A stretch of 52,063 bases of DNA from Candidatus Krumholzibacteriia bacterium (GCA_046754105.1 JBHHVD010000007.1:1-52063); one strand, 5' to 3'. Shown: positions 10,238 to 22,611, counted from the first letter of the stretch. Notes: generated by a model from the sequence alone, not told the origin. Numbers and translations: made by a program.

Positions 10238-10681
10238 TCAAAGGACTCCACCGGTGCGATAACCGACACCCAGCACCACGAAGAGGACCGCCAGAACCGT
10301 CACCGTTATCATGTGAAAGGCTAATTCTCTCATCCGGTTTGCGTCCAGTCGGGGTATGATGCGCACCCGGGCATGCGCGGCCAGACCGAGGGTGACCAGA
10401 AGCAGGACCAGTTTGAGGCTGATGAGCGTCGACTGGTACGTGTTGAACGTAAGCCACTGCGAGACGTCGGGCACGCGAATGTACGCCAGCCACAGCCCCG
10501 TAACCACCTGGGAGATCAGCGCGGGGATTCCCACTCGTTCGAACCTCGATTCAAAGCCCGTGATCAGAGCGGGATCCTGATTCCGCAGCGCGCGCGGGAG
10601 GAAGCCGATCACGAGCACCAGGTGGCCGCCGGTCCACACCGACGCACCCAGGACGTGCAAGATCAGCAGATATGTGTACAT
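10238..10681 (-). CDS. CopD family membrane protein
   Basis: ILHVLGASVWTGG N-terminal motif, four TM helices and conserved His residues. Confidence 0.75.
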   Translation of the reverse strand: MYTYLLILHVLGASVWTGGHLVLVIGFLPRALRNQDPALITGFESRFERVGIPALISQVVTGLWLAYIRVPDVSQWLTFNTYQSTLISLKLVLLLVTLGLAAHARVRIIPRLDANRMRELAFHMITVTVLAVLFVVLGVGYRTGGVL

Positions 10682-10695
10682 GGGATCACCCGTTT

Positions 10696-11826
10696 CTATT
10701 CCACGACCTCGAAGGAGGCGTCCACCTCACCACCCACCGTCAAAATGTATCGCTGGTAATAGGCGTACAACAGGCACGTCATCGGTAGCGCGATCAGCAG
10801 ACCGAAAACCCCAAGGAGCTTCCCCCACACGGACAGCGACAACAGGATGACCACGGGACTGAGGCCGGTCGCCTTGCCCATGACCCGTGGCATGAGGACG
10901 GCACTTTGCACTATCTCGGCTACCACCACCACGAGCGTTACGAGCCCGATCTCGATCCATAGACTCCCGCCTTTGTCGAGCGCGTCAATGGTTGCGAAGA
11001 GGTAGGCAGGGATCAGCCCGACGATCTGAAGGTACGGCACCATGTTGAGCAGGCCGATGAAAAGCCCGAGCAGGATCCCCATCGGCAGACCGACCATCCA
11101 GAACCCAAGCGCGTACAGGACGCCCACTACAAGGGCCATGGCCGCCTGCCCGCGAAAGTACCGGTTCATGGCGCTCTCGAAATCCCGCAGGAAATCGGCG
11201 GCCGCTTCGCGGTACGTTGGCGGCAGCAGAGCCTTCCACTTCCGGCTGACCACCTCGTAATCGAGAAGCAGGAATACCAGGTAAAGACCGACGACGGTGA
11301 GCCCCACCAGAGTGATGAGGATATTCGCGGTGCCCGTGATGATACCCCACACGCCGGGCAGGACCTTGCTGCCTACGGCTCTGGCGGCGTCTGCGAAGTT
11401 CTCGGTCTTGAAGACGGCCTGCACGTCATCGCGCGCGACGAGATCCTTGATCGCCTGCCACAGGTTTGGCGGCAGCTTCTGGGCCGCCCGCTCGGCGATA
11501 TCCGAATTGTGCACCACGTCGGAGAGAATGCGCCCCATGTCGGTTACCTGGTGCGCGATGACGGGTATCAGCGCCCACCAGAACCCGACGGCGACCGCGG
11601 CGATGAGCGACAGCGCCACCGCCACCGCCGCGCCACGCCTGCGGACGCGTTTCTCGATGAGTCGGACCAGGGGATGGATGAGGTACGCGAGCAGCAGCGC
11701 GGCGGCGAACGGGATCAACACGTCGCTGAGACGGCCCATGAGCCAGACCAGCGCCCAGACGAACGCGGCCGCGATGCCGATGCGAACGACGCGGTCGAAC
11801 GTATAGGGGCTCTTGTCCAGGATCAT
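10696..11826 (-). CDS. AI-2E (PerM-like) family transporter
   Basis: AYLIHPLV, RYFRGQ, GLLNMVPY, PRVMGKATGLSP and GLLIALP motifs. Confidence 0.88.
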   Translation of the reverse strand: MILDKSPYTFDRVVRIGIAAAFVWALVWLMGRLSDVLIPFAAALLLAYLIHPLVRLIEKRVRRRGAAVAVALSLIAAVAVGFWWALIPVIAHQVTDMGRILSDVVHNSDIAERAAQKLPPNLWQAIKDLVARDDVQAVFKTENFADAARAVGSKVLPGVWGIITGTANILITLVGLTVVGLYLVFLLLDYEVVSRKWKALLPPTYREAAADFLRDFESAMNRYFRGQAAMALVVGVLYALGFWMVGLPMGILLGLFIGLLNMVPYLQIVGLIPAYLFATIDALDKGGSLWIEIGLVTLVVVVAEIVQSAVLMPRVMGKATGLSPVVILLSLSVWGKLLGVFGLLIALPMTCLLYAYYQRYILTVGGEVDASFEVVE

Positions 11827-13271
11827 CGCGGTTTCTTGTTTGCACCCTTATTCGGTGCTCCGCCGCCGTTGGCGCTCGATTTCTCCGGCCACGGCCCCCG
11901 GATCGCGACGGTCAGGCCAGCGTCCTGCAAGTTGACGAACAGCGTCGTGCCGTCGGGTGAAAAGCAGGCGCCCGTGAACTCGGTGCGCAGGTGGTGCAAG
12001 GCAATGGTGTAGAACTCGCCCGCAGCGGTAAGGCCGAGGAGACGCACTTCATCGCCGCTGTGATCTTCGCACAGCACGAGGTCCCCCCACGGTGCAACGG
12101 TCACGTTGTCCGCGCTTCGCAAGACCCCGGGATCGTTCGGCTCGACCACGAGCTCCAGCACGCCCGGGTTTTTCGATTCCGTTTCGGCGCCCTCATCCGG
12201 ACTGGGCACGTAGCGCCAGATCTGGCCGAGGCGCTTGCGCCCGCCGACCGAGCACGCGAAGTAGATCGAGCCGGCGCTTTCGCACATACCTTCCCCGCCG
12301 CCGAACCGGGCCGCGCCCGCCCGGTAGCCCCGGTAGCGGAGGTCGTCGTTCGGCGATTCGACATCGTCGAGATCGATCCATTCGACCGCCATCGGCTCGC
12401 CGGGGCGAACGTGAAGCCCCCGGCGCGTCCAGTTGCGCGTGTCCTTCCTCGGCTTCTCTTCGATCGCAAGGGCTTGCAATCGCCCCCCCTCACTCAGTTT
12501 GCCCGGCCGATCGGGAATGAACCGGTAGATGAGCCCGTCGCGCAAATCCTCGGTCTGGTAGACGATCCCCGTTCGGGGATCGACCGCCACAGCCTCGTGG
12601 AGGAACCTCCCCATGGCTTTGAGCGGCACGGGGTCGGTGAGACCGATTTCAGCCCTTGCGGGCACCTCGAAGTTGTAGCCGTGGTCCCTTTCCGTCGTGA
12701 ACCGGCCGGTCTTGGCCGCCTTTTGAACGGTCTCCTCGCACGTGATCCACGTGTTCCACGGGGTCGGCCCGCCCGAACAGTTCTGGATCGTGCCGGCCAG
12801 GCTCAGGAACTGGCGCGTGACGGTCTGGGTGCTCGTATCGAACAAGAAGGTCGTGGTGCCACCCGGAACGGGGCGTTTCGCAAAACCCGGGTCGTAGAAC
12901 TTGTCGTGGTCCACCTCGCGAAAGCGGGCGTTGTCCGCGCCGTAGGCTCCGATCTGGTACGGCAGCAGCTCGTGGTTGCGGATGACGATGATAAGGCCGT
13001 CGGGGCCGGGAAAGGCGGCCATTCCATCCGGCCGCGCGGGAACGAGGAGTCCATCGTCCATTTCATCGCCGGTGCGCGCGATGATTTTGTATGAAAACCC
13101 CGCCGGCAGGTCCAGTATCCCGTCGGGATCGGTCACCACAGGGCCCAAGGGTGGCGACACCGACCGCGATTGTGAAGCTGCTGGAACCGCGCGCGGCGGG
13201 AACCCGCCCAGCCCCAGGCCGAGCGCACCGCACGCGACGAGAACACACCAACGAGACACGGTCACTGGCAA
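11823..13271 (-). CDS. PhoX-family alkaline phosphatase (DUF839), secreted
   Basis: PDGMAAF, RNHE, GTIQNCSGGPTPWNTWITCEE, MGRFLHEAVAVD, DNVTV, LCED and EFTGACFSPDG motifs. Hydrophobic signal-like N-terminus; start uncertain. Confidence 0.88.
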   Translation of the reverse strand: MPVTVSRWCVLVACGALGLGLGGFPPRAVPAASQSRSVSPPLGPVVTDPDGILDLPAGFSYKIIARTGDEMDDGLLVPARPDGMAAFPGPDGLIIVIRNHELLPYQIGAYGADNARFREVDHDKFYDPGFAKRPVPGGTTTFLFDTSTQTVTRQFLSLAGTIQNCSGGPTPWNTWITCEETVQKAAKTGRFTTERDHGYNFEVPARAEIGLTDPVPLKAMGRFLHEAVAVDPRTGIVYQTEDLRDGLIYRFIPDRPGKLSEGGRLQALAIEEKPRKDTRNWTRRGLHVRPGEPMAVEWIDLDDVESPNDDLRYRGYRAGAARFGGGEGMCESAGSIYFACSVGGRKRLGQIWRYVPSPDEGAETESKNPGVLELVVEPNDPGVLRSADNVTVAPWGDLVLCEDHSGDEVRLLGLTAAGEFYTIALHHLRTEFTGACFSPDGTTLFVNLQDAGLTVAIRGPWPEKSSANGGGAPNKGANKKPR

Positions 13272-13302
13272 CCACCAATCCAGGCTACGCCGTATCGAGG
13301 CT

Positions 13303-13800
13303 CTAGCGTAGAAATAAGAGTTTGAAGAGACCCGGCTCTTTTAGCAATCGCCGAATGTAACTCAACTGTCCCAGGTGATACACCTCGTGCTGGGTCAGGA
13401 ACGCGAGCGCGGCCAGCGTCGTGGGCTCGCTGGTCGGGAATCGCCTCGACGACTCGGCCGCGAGGTCGGCGTCTTGCAGTTCCGGCAACCGCCCCATTAT
13501 CGCCCCCGAGATATCACCCCAGCAATCCTTTATCTCGGGGAGACTCGGTATGCAATCGTGCTCGATCTCGTTGATCCCATGGGCGAACGCACCACGCCAC
13601 GGAAGCTCTCCCTCCATCCCTATTAGGGCACCCATCTGGAAGCGCGCCGTTGCCAGGTGCGCGAGAAGCCACGTTATCGAGCTGGTGTCCGGCGCGAACT
13701 GGGTCTGCGCCATTTCATCATCGAGCTTGTCGAACGCTTTCGCATAAAAATCGCCGTTGAGTGTCAGAATTTCGGCGATGGGCGATATTGACGCGTGCAT
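13303..13800 (-). CDS. DinB family protein
   Basis: SITWLLAHL and HEVYHLGQL four-helix metal-binding motifs. GGAGGA RBS precedes ATG 13800. Confidence 0.85.
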   Translation of the reverse strand: MHASISPIAEILTLNGDFYAKAFDKLDDEMAQTQFAPDTSSITWLLAHLATARFQMGALIGMEGELPWRGAFAHGINEIEHDCIPSLPEIKDCWGDISGAIMGRLPELQDADLAAESSRRFPTSEPTTLAALAFLTQHEVYHLGQLSYIRRLLKEPGLFKLLFLR

Positions 13801-13833
13801 ATTCGTTCCTCCCCGTCTTGAACCACAGGCGGT

Positions 13834-13862
13834 ATTGTAGTCGAATTCCACTCCGTTTACAA
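13834..13862 (-). promoter_or_regulatory. Putative sigma70 promoter of the DinB gene
   Basis: TTGTAA-N17-TACAAT on the minus strand. Confidence 0.6.
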
Positions 13863-13915
13863 ATCATCCACGGTTTGCCGGGGCCGGATGGCCCACCCCG
13901 GCGTACAATATAACC

Positions 13916-14590
13916 ATGACCGGGCGATTTCCAACAGGGCGAAGCGACGGGGCGGCCATAGTACTCGTCGCGGTGGCCCTCGCCGTGTCGCTCCACGCCC
14001 TGCACGCCGGGGCCGGGGACCGGCGGAGACCCCGCTACCTCAGCCGCCTGGAAGCGGAGGTGGTGCGCGAGATCAACCGTGTCAGGACGGGTCCGGCGGC
14101 CTACGCCGGGTACCTCGAAGACTGGCTTCCGTATTATAAAGGAGAGGTGCGCAAGCTCCCCGGGAGAAATCCGGTTCGCACCATCGAGGGACCCCGCGCG
14201 GTCACCGAAGCCGTTCGCTATCTGCGTACGGCCCGGGCGCTGCATAGGCTCGAGCCCTCGCGTGGCATGTCGCGCGGCGCGAGGGATCACGTGCGCGACA
14301 TGGGTCCTTCGGGGGCGCTGGGGCACAAAGGGTTCGACGACAGCACGGCGGGCATACGAGTAAACCGCTACGGAAAATGGAACAAACGCATCGGCGAAAA
14401 CATCGCGTACGGCGGTGACCGCGCCCGCGAAATCGTGATACGCCTCATCATCGACGACGGCGTACCCGGCCGCGGTCATCGGCACAATCTATTCGACCCC
14501 GAGTTCTACTTCGTCGGTGTCTCGTTCGGCCCGCACAAGACGTACGAAACCATGTGTGTTATCACGCTGGCAGGTGACTACACCGAGTAA
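13916..14590 (+). CDS. CAP (SCP-like) domain protein, secreted
   Basis: EINRVR, ARDHVRDMG..GH, IGENIAYG and LIIDDGVPGRGHRHNLF motifs, with a signal peptide. TACAAT lies 6 nt before the ATG, so it is possibly leaderless. Confidence 0.88.
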   Translation: MTGRFPTGRSDGAAIVLVAVALAVSLHALHAGAGDRRRPRYLSRLEAEVVREINRVRTGPAAYAGYLEDWLPYYKGEVRKLPGRNPVRTIEGPRAVTEAVRYLRTARALHRLEPSRGMSRGARDHVRDMGPSGALGHKGFDDSTAGIRVNRYGKWNKRIGENIAYGGDRAREIVIRLIIDDGVPGRGHRHNLFDPEFYFVGVSFGPHKTYETMCVITLAGDYTE

Positions 14591-14735
14591 CCCTTCGCAT
14601 CCACGTTCGTACGGACGGATCGCGCGGGCATTTGCATGACATTCCAGTAGCGGGTCAGCGCCCCGCTGCGGCAGTACGCACGTTCTTCACAAGCGCGGGA
14701 ACCAGTTCTTGGACAGCCTCCCGTACACGAGCGGA

Positions 14736-17420
<2,685 letters not shown>

Positions 17421-17445
17421 CGATAAAGGCCTCCTTTGCCGGGCC

Positions 17446-17474
17446 AGTATACCGTATTCCCGGGTCCTTTGGAA
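17446..17474 (-). promoter_or_regulatory. Putative sigma70 promoter of acnA
   Basis: TTCCAA-N17-TATACT on the minus strand. Confidence 0.55.
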
Positions 17475-17542
17475 CGCGGGTTCTGGACGGAGGCGCGCGG
17501 CCTGTTTCGCGAAGTGGCCCAGCGACTGCCAAGGCTCTATGT

Positions 17543-17557
17543 TGTTGTTATACAACA
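17543..17557. promoter_or_regulatory. Palindromic operator candidate
   Basis: TGTTG-TTATA-CAACA in an AT-rich patch between divergent transcription units. Confidence 0.4.
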
Positions 17558-17602
17558 GACTATATCGTTATTGTGGAAGCTTGCCCGCCGATCTGCTATA
17601 CT

Positions 17603-17728
17603 GGCGATGGTCCTCCCGCCAGGGTGGATCGGTTCCATACGAAAACGGTTCTACCCGGGCACGGTAATCACCGTCGCTCACAGAAAACCGGGGACGCAAG
17701 CGCACCGCTTGTGACCCCGGTTTTTTTT
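17603..17728 (+). ncRNA. Candidate structured small RNA or leader
   Basis: TGcTATACT extended -10 (17594-17602), a long hairpin (17603-17678), then an intrinsic terminator. No convincing ORF. Confidence 0.35.
17684..17728 (+). terminator. Rho-independent terminator
   Basis: AAAACCGGGG...GCAAGCG-CAC-CGCTTGT...CCCCGG followed by T8. Confidence 0.8.
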
Positions 17729-17871
17729 GACCGACGAACTCCATCACCTGGCGAGCCCGGCTGATATAATCTGCTTGCAGTTTGCGTCGCAGGTGCGGCA
17801 CATTCATGTGCGGGCGGGGCCGGCAGGAGGCGCCGGTACCGCGCCCCAGGACTGCCCCTGCGGGAGGATAC

Positions 17872-18876
17872 ATGAACCAACGAACGGCCCTGTCGATAGG
17901 ACTCCGGGGAATCGCCGCCTGCGTGCTGGCATCGTGCTGGATCGCCGGCTGCACGTACGTCGAACCGGGTCAACCCGGCGAATACTACGAAGCTCCCGAA
18001 CCCGAACCGCCCGCGTCGTATACCGAAGGGGAGTTTGGCGAGCTGACCGACTACGGGAGATGGATTCACACGGCACCCTTCGGCTGGGTCTGGCAGCCGT
18101 ACAGCGAGGAGGACTGGCAGCCGTTTTACGACGGCCATTGGGTGTGGAGCCAGTGGGGCTGGACGTGGGTTTCCTACGAGCCCTACGGCTGGGCGGTGTA
18201 CCACTACGGCAACTGGGTGTTCGATCCCATCTGGGCATGGATATGGATACCGGCGTACGAATGGTATCCGACACGGGTCCAGTGGATCGTCTACGACGAT
18301 TACATCTGCTGGGCGCCCATGCCGCCACCCGGCTACCTGATCGGCGACCCGTGGGCCTCGCCCATCGACGATTTATGGATCATCGTAGAACCCGGCTATT
18401 TTACCCACTCCCACGTGGGACGCTACACCAAGCGCCGCTACCGCTGGAAGACCACCTCGTCGAGCATCACACAGGTGATCCGCAACGCGCCGAACGTTGG
18501 ATATCTCACGCGGCGCACGGGCAAGACGGTGCCCCGGGTCGACATCGAGATTCGCAAGTACAAGATCGGATCGAAAGAAATCAAGAAGATGAAGCTGCCG
18601 CCGGAACACCGAAAGAAGCTCGAGCGCTACAAGGCAAGAACACGGAAGAGAATCGAAAAGAGGGAAGGCGAATCCCCCCGGACGAAAGCCGGGAAACCCG
18701 CCCGCAAGGATGGGCGTTCCGGTGCCGGAATCAAGACGAAACCCGAATCGTCGAGAGACGGGAAGACGAAAAAAAAGGGCAAGGTGGAAAAGCCCAAACC
18801 GCGCACAAAGCAAAAAAAGGGAAAAACCGAGAAACCCAAATCGGGCAAGAAGACAAAGAAAAAGAAGCGCCCCTAG
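17872..18876 (+). CDS. DUF6600-like Trp/Pro-rich lipoprotein with Lys-rich C-terminal tail
   Basis: GGGAGG RBS, lipobox WIAG-C, and repeats such as YGRW, FGWVWQP, GHWVWSQWGWTWVSYEPYGWAVYHYGNW and WIWIPA. The tail is highly basic. Confidence 0.75.
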   Translation: MNQRTALSIGLRGIAACVLASCWIAGCTYVEPGQPGEYYEAPEPEPPASYTEGEFGELTDYGRWIHTAPFGWVWQPYSEEDWQPFYDGHWVWSQWGWTWVSYEPYGWAVYHYGNWVFDPIWAWIWIPAYEWYPTRVQWIVYDDYICWAPMPPPGYLIGDPWASPIDDLWIIVEPGYFTHSHVGRYTKRRYRWKTTSSSITQVIRNAPNVGYLTRRTGKTVPRVDIEIRKYKIGSKEIKKMKLPPEHRKKLERYKARTRKRIEKREGESPRTKAGKPARKDGRSGAGIKTKPESSRDGKTKKKGKVEKPKPRTKQKKGKTEKPKSGKKTKKKKRP

Positions 18877-18877
18877 C

Positions 18878-19693
18878 CTAGGTGGAATCCGGCCGGTGCC
18901 CTTCCGCCCAGGACGTCGCGTACCACAGGGCGGCGTCGGACCGCTCGCCCCATTGCTTGAACGCCTCGATCGCCCGCTCGAACTCGGCGGCCCGCACGTT
19001 CGTTAGCTCGAGGATCGCCTCGCGCGCCCCCCCGAGCACGCCGACGAAATTGTCCACGAACGCGGGAAACGCCGGATGGCCCGAGCAGCTGCCGAAGAAC
19101 AACCAGTTGTTCCGCACGGGCTCGGCCCCCGCCTCTCGCAGCATCGCCACGAGGTGGCGTCCCACGAAGGGATCGTTTCCACGCCCGTGGTAGACGTCGA
19201 TGTACGCGCGCCACAACCGGTAGATGCCTTCCGGCTCCGGCCACAGGCGAAGCACGTCGTGGTCGTCGTCTTCGAGAATGATGCGGCCGCCGGGCCGCAC
19301 CGCCCTCGCCATGGCGCTGACCACCCTCTGCGGGTCCGCCACGTGCTCGAGTAGAAATCTCGAATGGGCGAGGTCGAAGCTGCCCCACTCGTCGTCGCGC
19401 AACGGAAACGCGGTGGCCTCCCCCCGTCGAAACTCGACGAGCTCGTCCGCCTGCCGCCTCGCCTCGGCGAGCTGCTGCGTATCGCGCTCGATGCCGATCA
19501 CGCTGCCGCCGGGCGCGGCCGCGCGCGCCATCGCCCGCGCGAGCTGCCCCAGACCGCTGCCCACGTCGAGGACCTACCCCCCCCCCCCGAGCCGCATCGC
19601 CTTCAAGGACGCGTCGTTCAAGAGATCGTTCAACAGCGACAGGCGCTGCCGCTCTTCCCTGTCGGTGCCATGAATGTATTTTTGGTCTGCCAT
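18878..19693 (-). pseudogene. Class I SAM-dependent methyltransferase interrupted by an in-frame TAG after a G12 run
   Basis: MADQKYIHGTDREERQRLSLLNDLLN...MRLGGGG*VLDVGSGLG...FDLAHSRFLLEHV...VRPGG. The TAG is at 19574-19576 (codon 40), and the frame is the same on both sides. Confidence 0.75.
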
Positions 19694-19771
19694 AGTCCTG
19701 GTCTGAGGTCATCACCGCTGCGCCGCCACCGCCAAACCGACCCAGGGCTTATTATAACCGAAGACACATGT

Positions 19772-21184
19772 CTATGTGAAATACCTGTTACGGCCGCGCG
19801 GGCGCGGCGCGAGGCCGAGGCTTTGCAGCAGGGCTCGCAGGGGCTGATCCGCCCCGGGGTAGCGGTCTTTGTGCGTGCGGCCGTTTTCGAGGCGAAGCAC
19901 GCCGCGCGGGCAGACGGCGGCGCACACCCCGCAGCCGACGCACGAGGCGCGCACGATGTTCTCGCCGCGCTGGGCGTAGGCTCGAACGTCGATGCCCATT
20001 TCGCAATGAGTCGAACAGTTGCCGCACGACATGCACTGGCCCCCGTTGGTCGAGATGCGGAAACGGGAGAAGAAGCGCTGCAGCAACCCGAGAATCGCCG
20101 CCATCGGGCACCCGAATCGGCACCATACGCGGCTGCCAAGTATCGGGTAGAAGCCGACGCCGGCGACGCCGGAGAACAACATTCCGATATAGAAGCCGTA
20201 GTGCTTGCGAAACGAGAAAGACAGAGACCCGAGCACGGCACCGCCCTTTGCCTCGTTCAGCCACAGCAGCGCGGTGGTAAGCGTTATGATCACCAGTATC
20301 GAGTGGATCAGCCGGCGCTCGATCTTCCAGGCGCCCGACGACTTGTCGGACAGGTGGCGGAACGGATCCCCCACCGTTTCCGCCAGGCCGCCGCAGCCGC
20401 AGACCCACGAGCAGTACCAGCGTTTGCCAAAGAAATAGGTGAGAAGCGGCGTGGCCACGAACGTCATGACGGCGCCCCAGAACACCATGAAGATGCCGAT
20501 CCCGCCGGGATGCTGTGCGAGCCCCCGTACGCCGTCGGGGTAGAGGTAGTCCGGTTTCAACGGCCAGAAATACGTAAAGTAAAACTCCGGCTGGCTCAGC
20601 GCCTTGAGCAGCTGCGGGATCAGAAACGCCAGTCCGAGCTGAAAAACGACGACCGAGGCCGTGCGGATAAGATGGTAGCGGTTGTGGCGGTATTTCATCA
20701 GCATCCGTACACCGAACACGATCATCGACATCGTGTAGAGAAAGCCGTATAGAAACCACCGGTCCGCCGGTTTTCGAGCGAGCGCCGCAGAGACGGGATC
20801 GACCAGCCGCACGCCCCCCTCTATAAAAGAGGGAAACCAGTAGAGCAGCACATAGAAACCGGTGATCAACACACCGAGTGTCCAGCCAAGCGCACCGCGC
20901 GACCTGGCGCCCGAGAAAAACAGCCCGTTGTGCTTGATACCGGGCGTGGTTCCCCGGTACCGCAGCCAGAACCAGGCGACACCACCGCCGGTGAGAAGTC
21001 CGAACGTCGCCGCCGGCCCGAGCCACGTCCGGCCCAACGGCGCTCCGACAAGCGCGGACAACAGGAGCAGCAGCCCCACGGCGATCGCGGCGGCGCTTCC
21101 CCGCTCGCCCGCGGTGAGTGCCGGGGGGGGTTGTCCCGCCGGCTCGTCGAACGCTTTTGCCATGGGAAACGTATAGGTCCGCAT
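19772..21184 (-). CDS. Membrane polyferredoxin (4Fe-4S binding, NapH/YccM-like)
   Basis: Multiple TM helices. GKRWYCSWVCGCG and RVWCRFGCP motifs, plus two CxxCxxCxxxC clusters (CMSCGNCSTHC, CVGCGVCAAVCP). Start overlaps the upstream stop. Confidence 0.85.
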   Translation of the reverse strand: MRTYTFPMAKAFDEPAGQPPPALTAGERGSAAAIAVGLLLLLSALVGAPLGRTWLGPAATFGLLTGGGVAWFWLRYRGTTPGIKHNGLFFSGARSRGALGWTLGVLITGFYVLLYWFPSFIEGGVRLVDPVSAALARKPADRWFLYGFLYTMSMIVFGVRMLMKYRHNRYHLIRTASVVVFQLGLAFLIPQLLKALSQPEFYFTYFWPLKPDYLYPDGVRGLAQHPGGIGIFMVFWGAVMTFVATPLLTYFFGKRWYCSWVCGCGGLAETVGDPFRHLSDKSSGAWKIERRLIHSILVIITLTTALLWLNEAKGGAVLGSLSFSFRKHYGFYIGMLFSGVAGVGFYPILGSRVWCRFGCPMAAILGLLQRFFSRFRISTNGGQCMSCGNCSTHCEMGIDVRAYAQRGENIVRASCVGCGVCAAVCPRGVLRLENGRTHKDRYPGADQPLRALLQSLGLAPRPRGRNRYFT

Positions 21185-22494
21185 CAGGCCCGCCCCTCCA
21201 CGCCGGCGCTGCCATCCTTTGCGTCGAGGGCCTGCCGCCGGAACGCGAGCACGGCCTCGCGCTCGACGCGCTCGAAGAACTCCGGGTCGAAATTCGCCTC
21301 GCCGAGATGGTCGAGGACATAATCCAGGGACCGCTTCTCCTCGATCCAGCGCTCGCAAACCTCGTGACGAAACCGCACGCCGAGCAAGTTGAAACCAAAA
21401 ACGCCCTGGTCGCCGTAGACGATCCGGATCGAGCGCCTCCCCGCGGCGTCTCTCCAGAAAAGGTTCTCTTCGCCGGGCAGGTCTCGCCCCACCGCGCCGT
21501 ACACCTGGTATTCCGTATCCAGGAATTTCGCCGAGTTGAACCAGATGCCCGGTTCGTAGATCCGTTCCTCCCCCGCCATTACGTCCGCCACCACCAGTCC
21601 TTGCATGCGGCCGGTGTACCATACCTGCTGCACGAGGTTGCGTTCCTCCCCGGTCACGATCTCCGCACAATCCCCGGCGGCATACACGTCCGGCACCCCG
21701 GCACGCAGGCTGCGGTCCACCAGCACCCCGCGGCCGGTCGGGATACCGCTCGACCCGGCCAGGGAGGCGTTCGGATGCACGCCGACGGTCAGCCCTGCGA
21801 ACTGGCAGTTGATACGCCGGCCCGCATTGTCTATGACACCGGTAACGCGTCCCGTACCGTCGTCGACGATTTCCTTCAACTCGGTGGAGAGGACGAGGCC
21901 GAGCCCCTCGCGCTCTATGGCGGCGTTTATCATGCGCGCTTCCTCGTCCGGTATGACCACGTTCCAGAACGACGTCTCGCGCACGAGAAACGTCACGTGC
22001 ACGTTACGTGAGTGCAGCATCTCGGCCAACTCGATGCCGATGAGCCCGCCGCCGACGATGACCGCCTCCCGTACGCCACGCACGTTCTTGTAGAGCAGTT
22101 CGAGGTCCTGCAAACCGTACAGCCCCTGGACTCCGTTCATGTCCTGCCCCGGCCACCCGAACTTGTTTGATTCCGAGCCGGTGGCGATGAGCAGCTTGTC
22201 GTAGGAGAGGGGTTGGGTCTGGCCCGCGAAGAGGAGACGCTTGTTGGCGACGTCTATCTCGGTCACCCACGCGCGCATGAGGTCGATGTTGTTCTTCTTC
22301 CAGAAACGGTCCTCGTAGGGTTTCGTGTCTTCGTAACGCACGTGGCCCATGAAAATATACATCAGCGCCGGTCGCGAATAATGATAATCGGATTCGCCCG
22401 ACACGACGGTGATGCGCCAGCCCGGCTGCCGCCGGCGAAGGCGCAGCGCGGCTGTGATCCCCGTGATCCCATTTCCAACAATAACGACGTTCAC
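21184..22494 (-). CDS. NAD(P)/FAD-dependent oxidoreductase (pyridine nucleotide-disulfide, NirB-N-like)
   Basis: VIVGNGITG, LLIATGS, IVGGGLIGIELAE and VYAAGDCAE motifs. Confidence 0.9.
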   Translation of the reverse strand: MNVVIVGNGITGITAALRLRRRQPGWRITVVSGESDYHYSRPALMYIFMGHVRYEDTKPYEDRFWKKNNIDLMRAWVTEIDVANKRLLFAGQTQPLSYDKLLIATGSESNKFGWPGQDMNGVQGLYGLQDLELLYKNVRGVREAVIVGGGLIGIELAEMLHSRNVHVTFLVRETSFWNVVIPDEEARMINAAIEREGLGLVLSTELKEIVDDGTGRVTGVIDNAGRRINCQFAGLTVGVHPNASLAGSSGIPTGRGVLVDRSLRAGVPDVYAAGDCAEIVTGEERNLVQQVWYTGRMQGLVVADVMAGEERIYEPGIWFNSAKFLDTEYQVYGAVGRDLPGEENLFWRDAAGRRSIRIVYGDQGVFGFNLLGVRFRHEVCERWIEEKRSLDYVLDHLGEANFDPEFFERVEREAVLAFRRQALDAKDGSAGVEGRA

Positions 22495-22580
22495 TGTGCC
22501 TTTCGGGAGTCGATTCGACGGTGGTTAGTGAACCGGCACCTGCATTCCTTACAATGCCTCTTCCGGCCATAGGCCCCGGG

Positions 22581-22611
22581 GGCGGTCACGCCGGCTGGCG
22601 GTCACGCCGGC
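22581..22611. repeat. Short tandem repeat GGCGGTCACGCCGGC x2 (REP-like)
   Basis: Two exact 15-mers separated by 1 nt. A related core (GCCGGCGTGAC) occurs in a hairpin at 46829-46847. Confidence 0.5.

Noticed and set aside
17603..17680. Resemblance to fluoride (GGCGATGG) or purine (TTCTACC.GGGCAC.GTAA) riboswitches, or to 6S RNA
   Set aside because: Only short partial matches. The remaining consensus elements are missing, the gene context is wrong, and it is too short for typical 6S. Kept only as an unnamed candidate RNA.
19574..19576. Pyrrolysine or stop-codon recoding at the methyltransferase TAG
   Set aside because: TAG is used as a normal stop by several genes here (e.g. gltA, ALDH), no pyl genes are visible, and the adjacent homopolymer points to an error or mutation.
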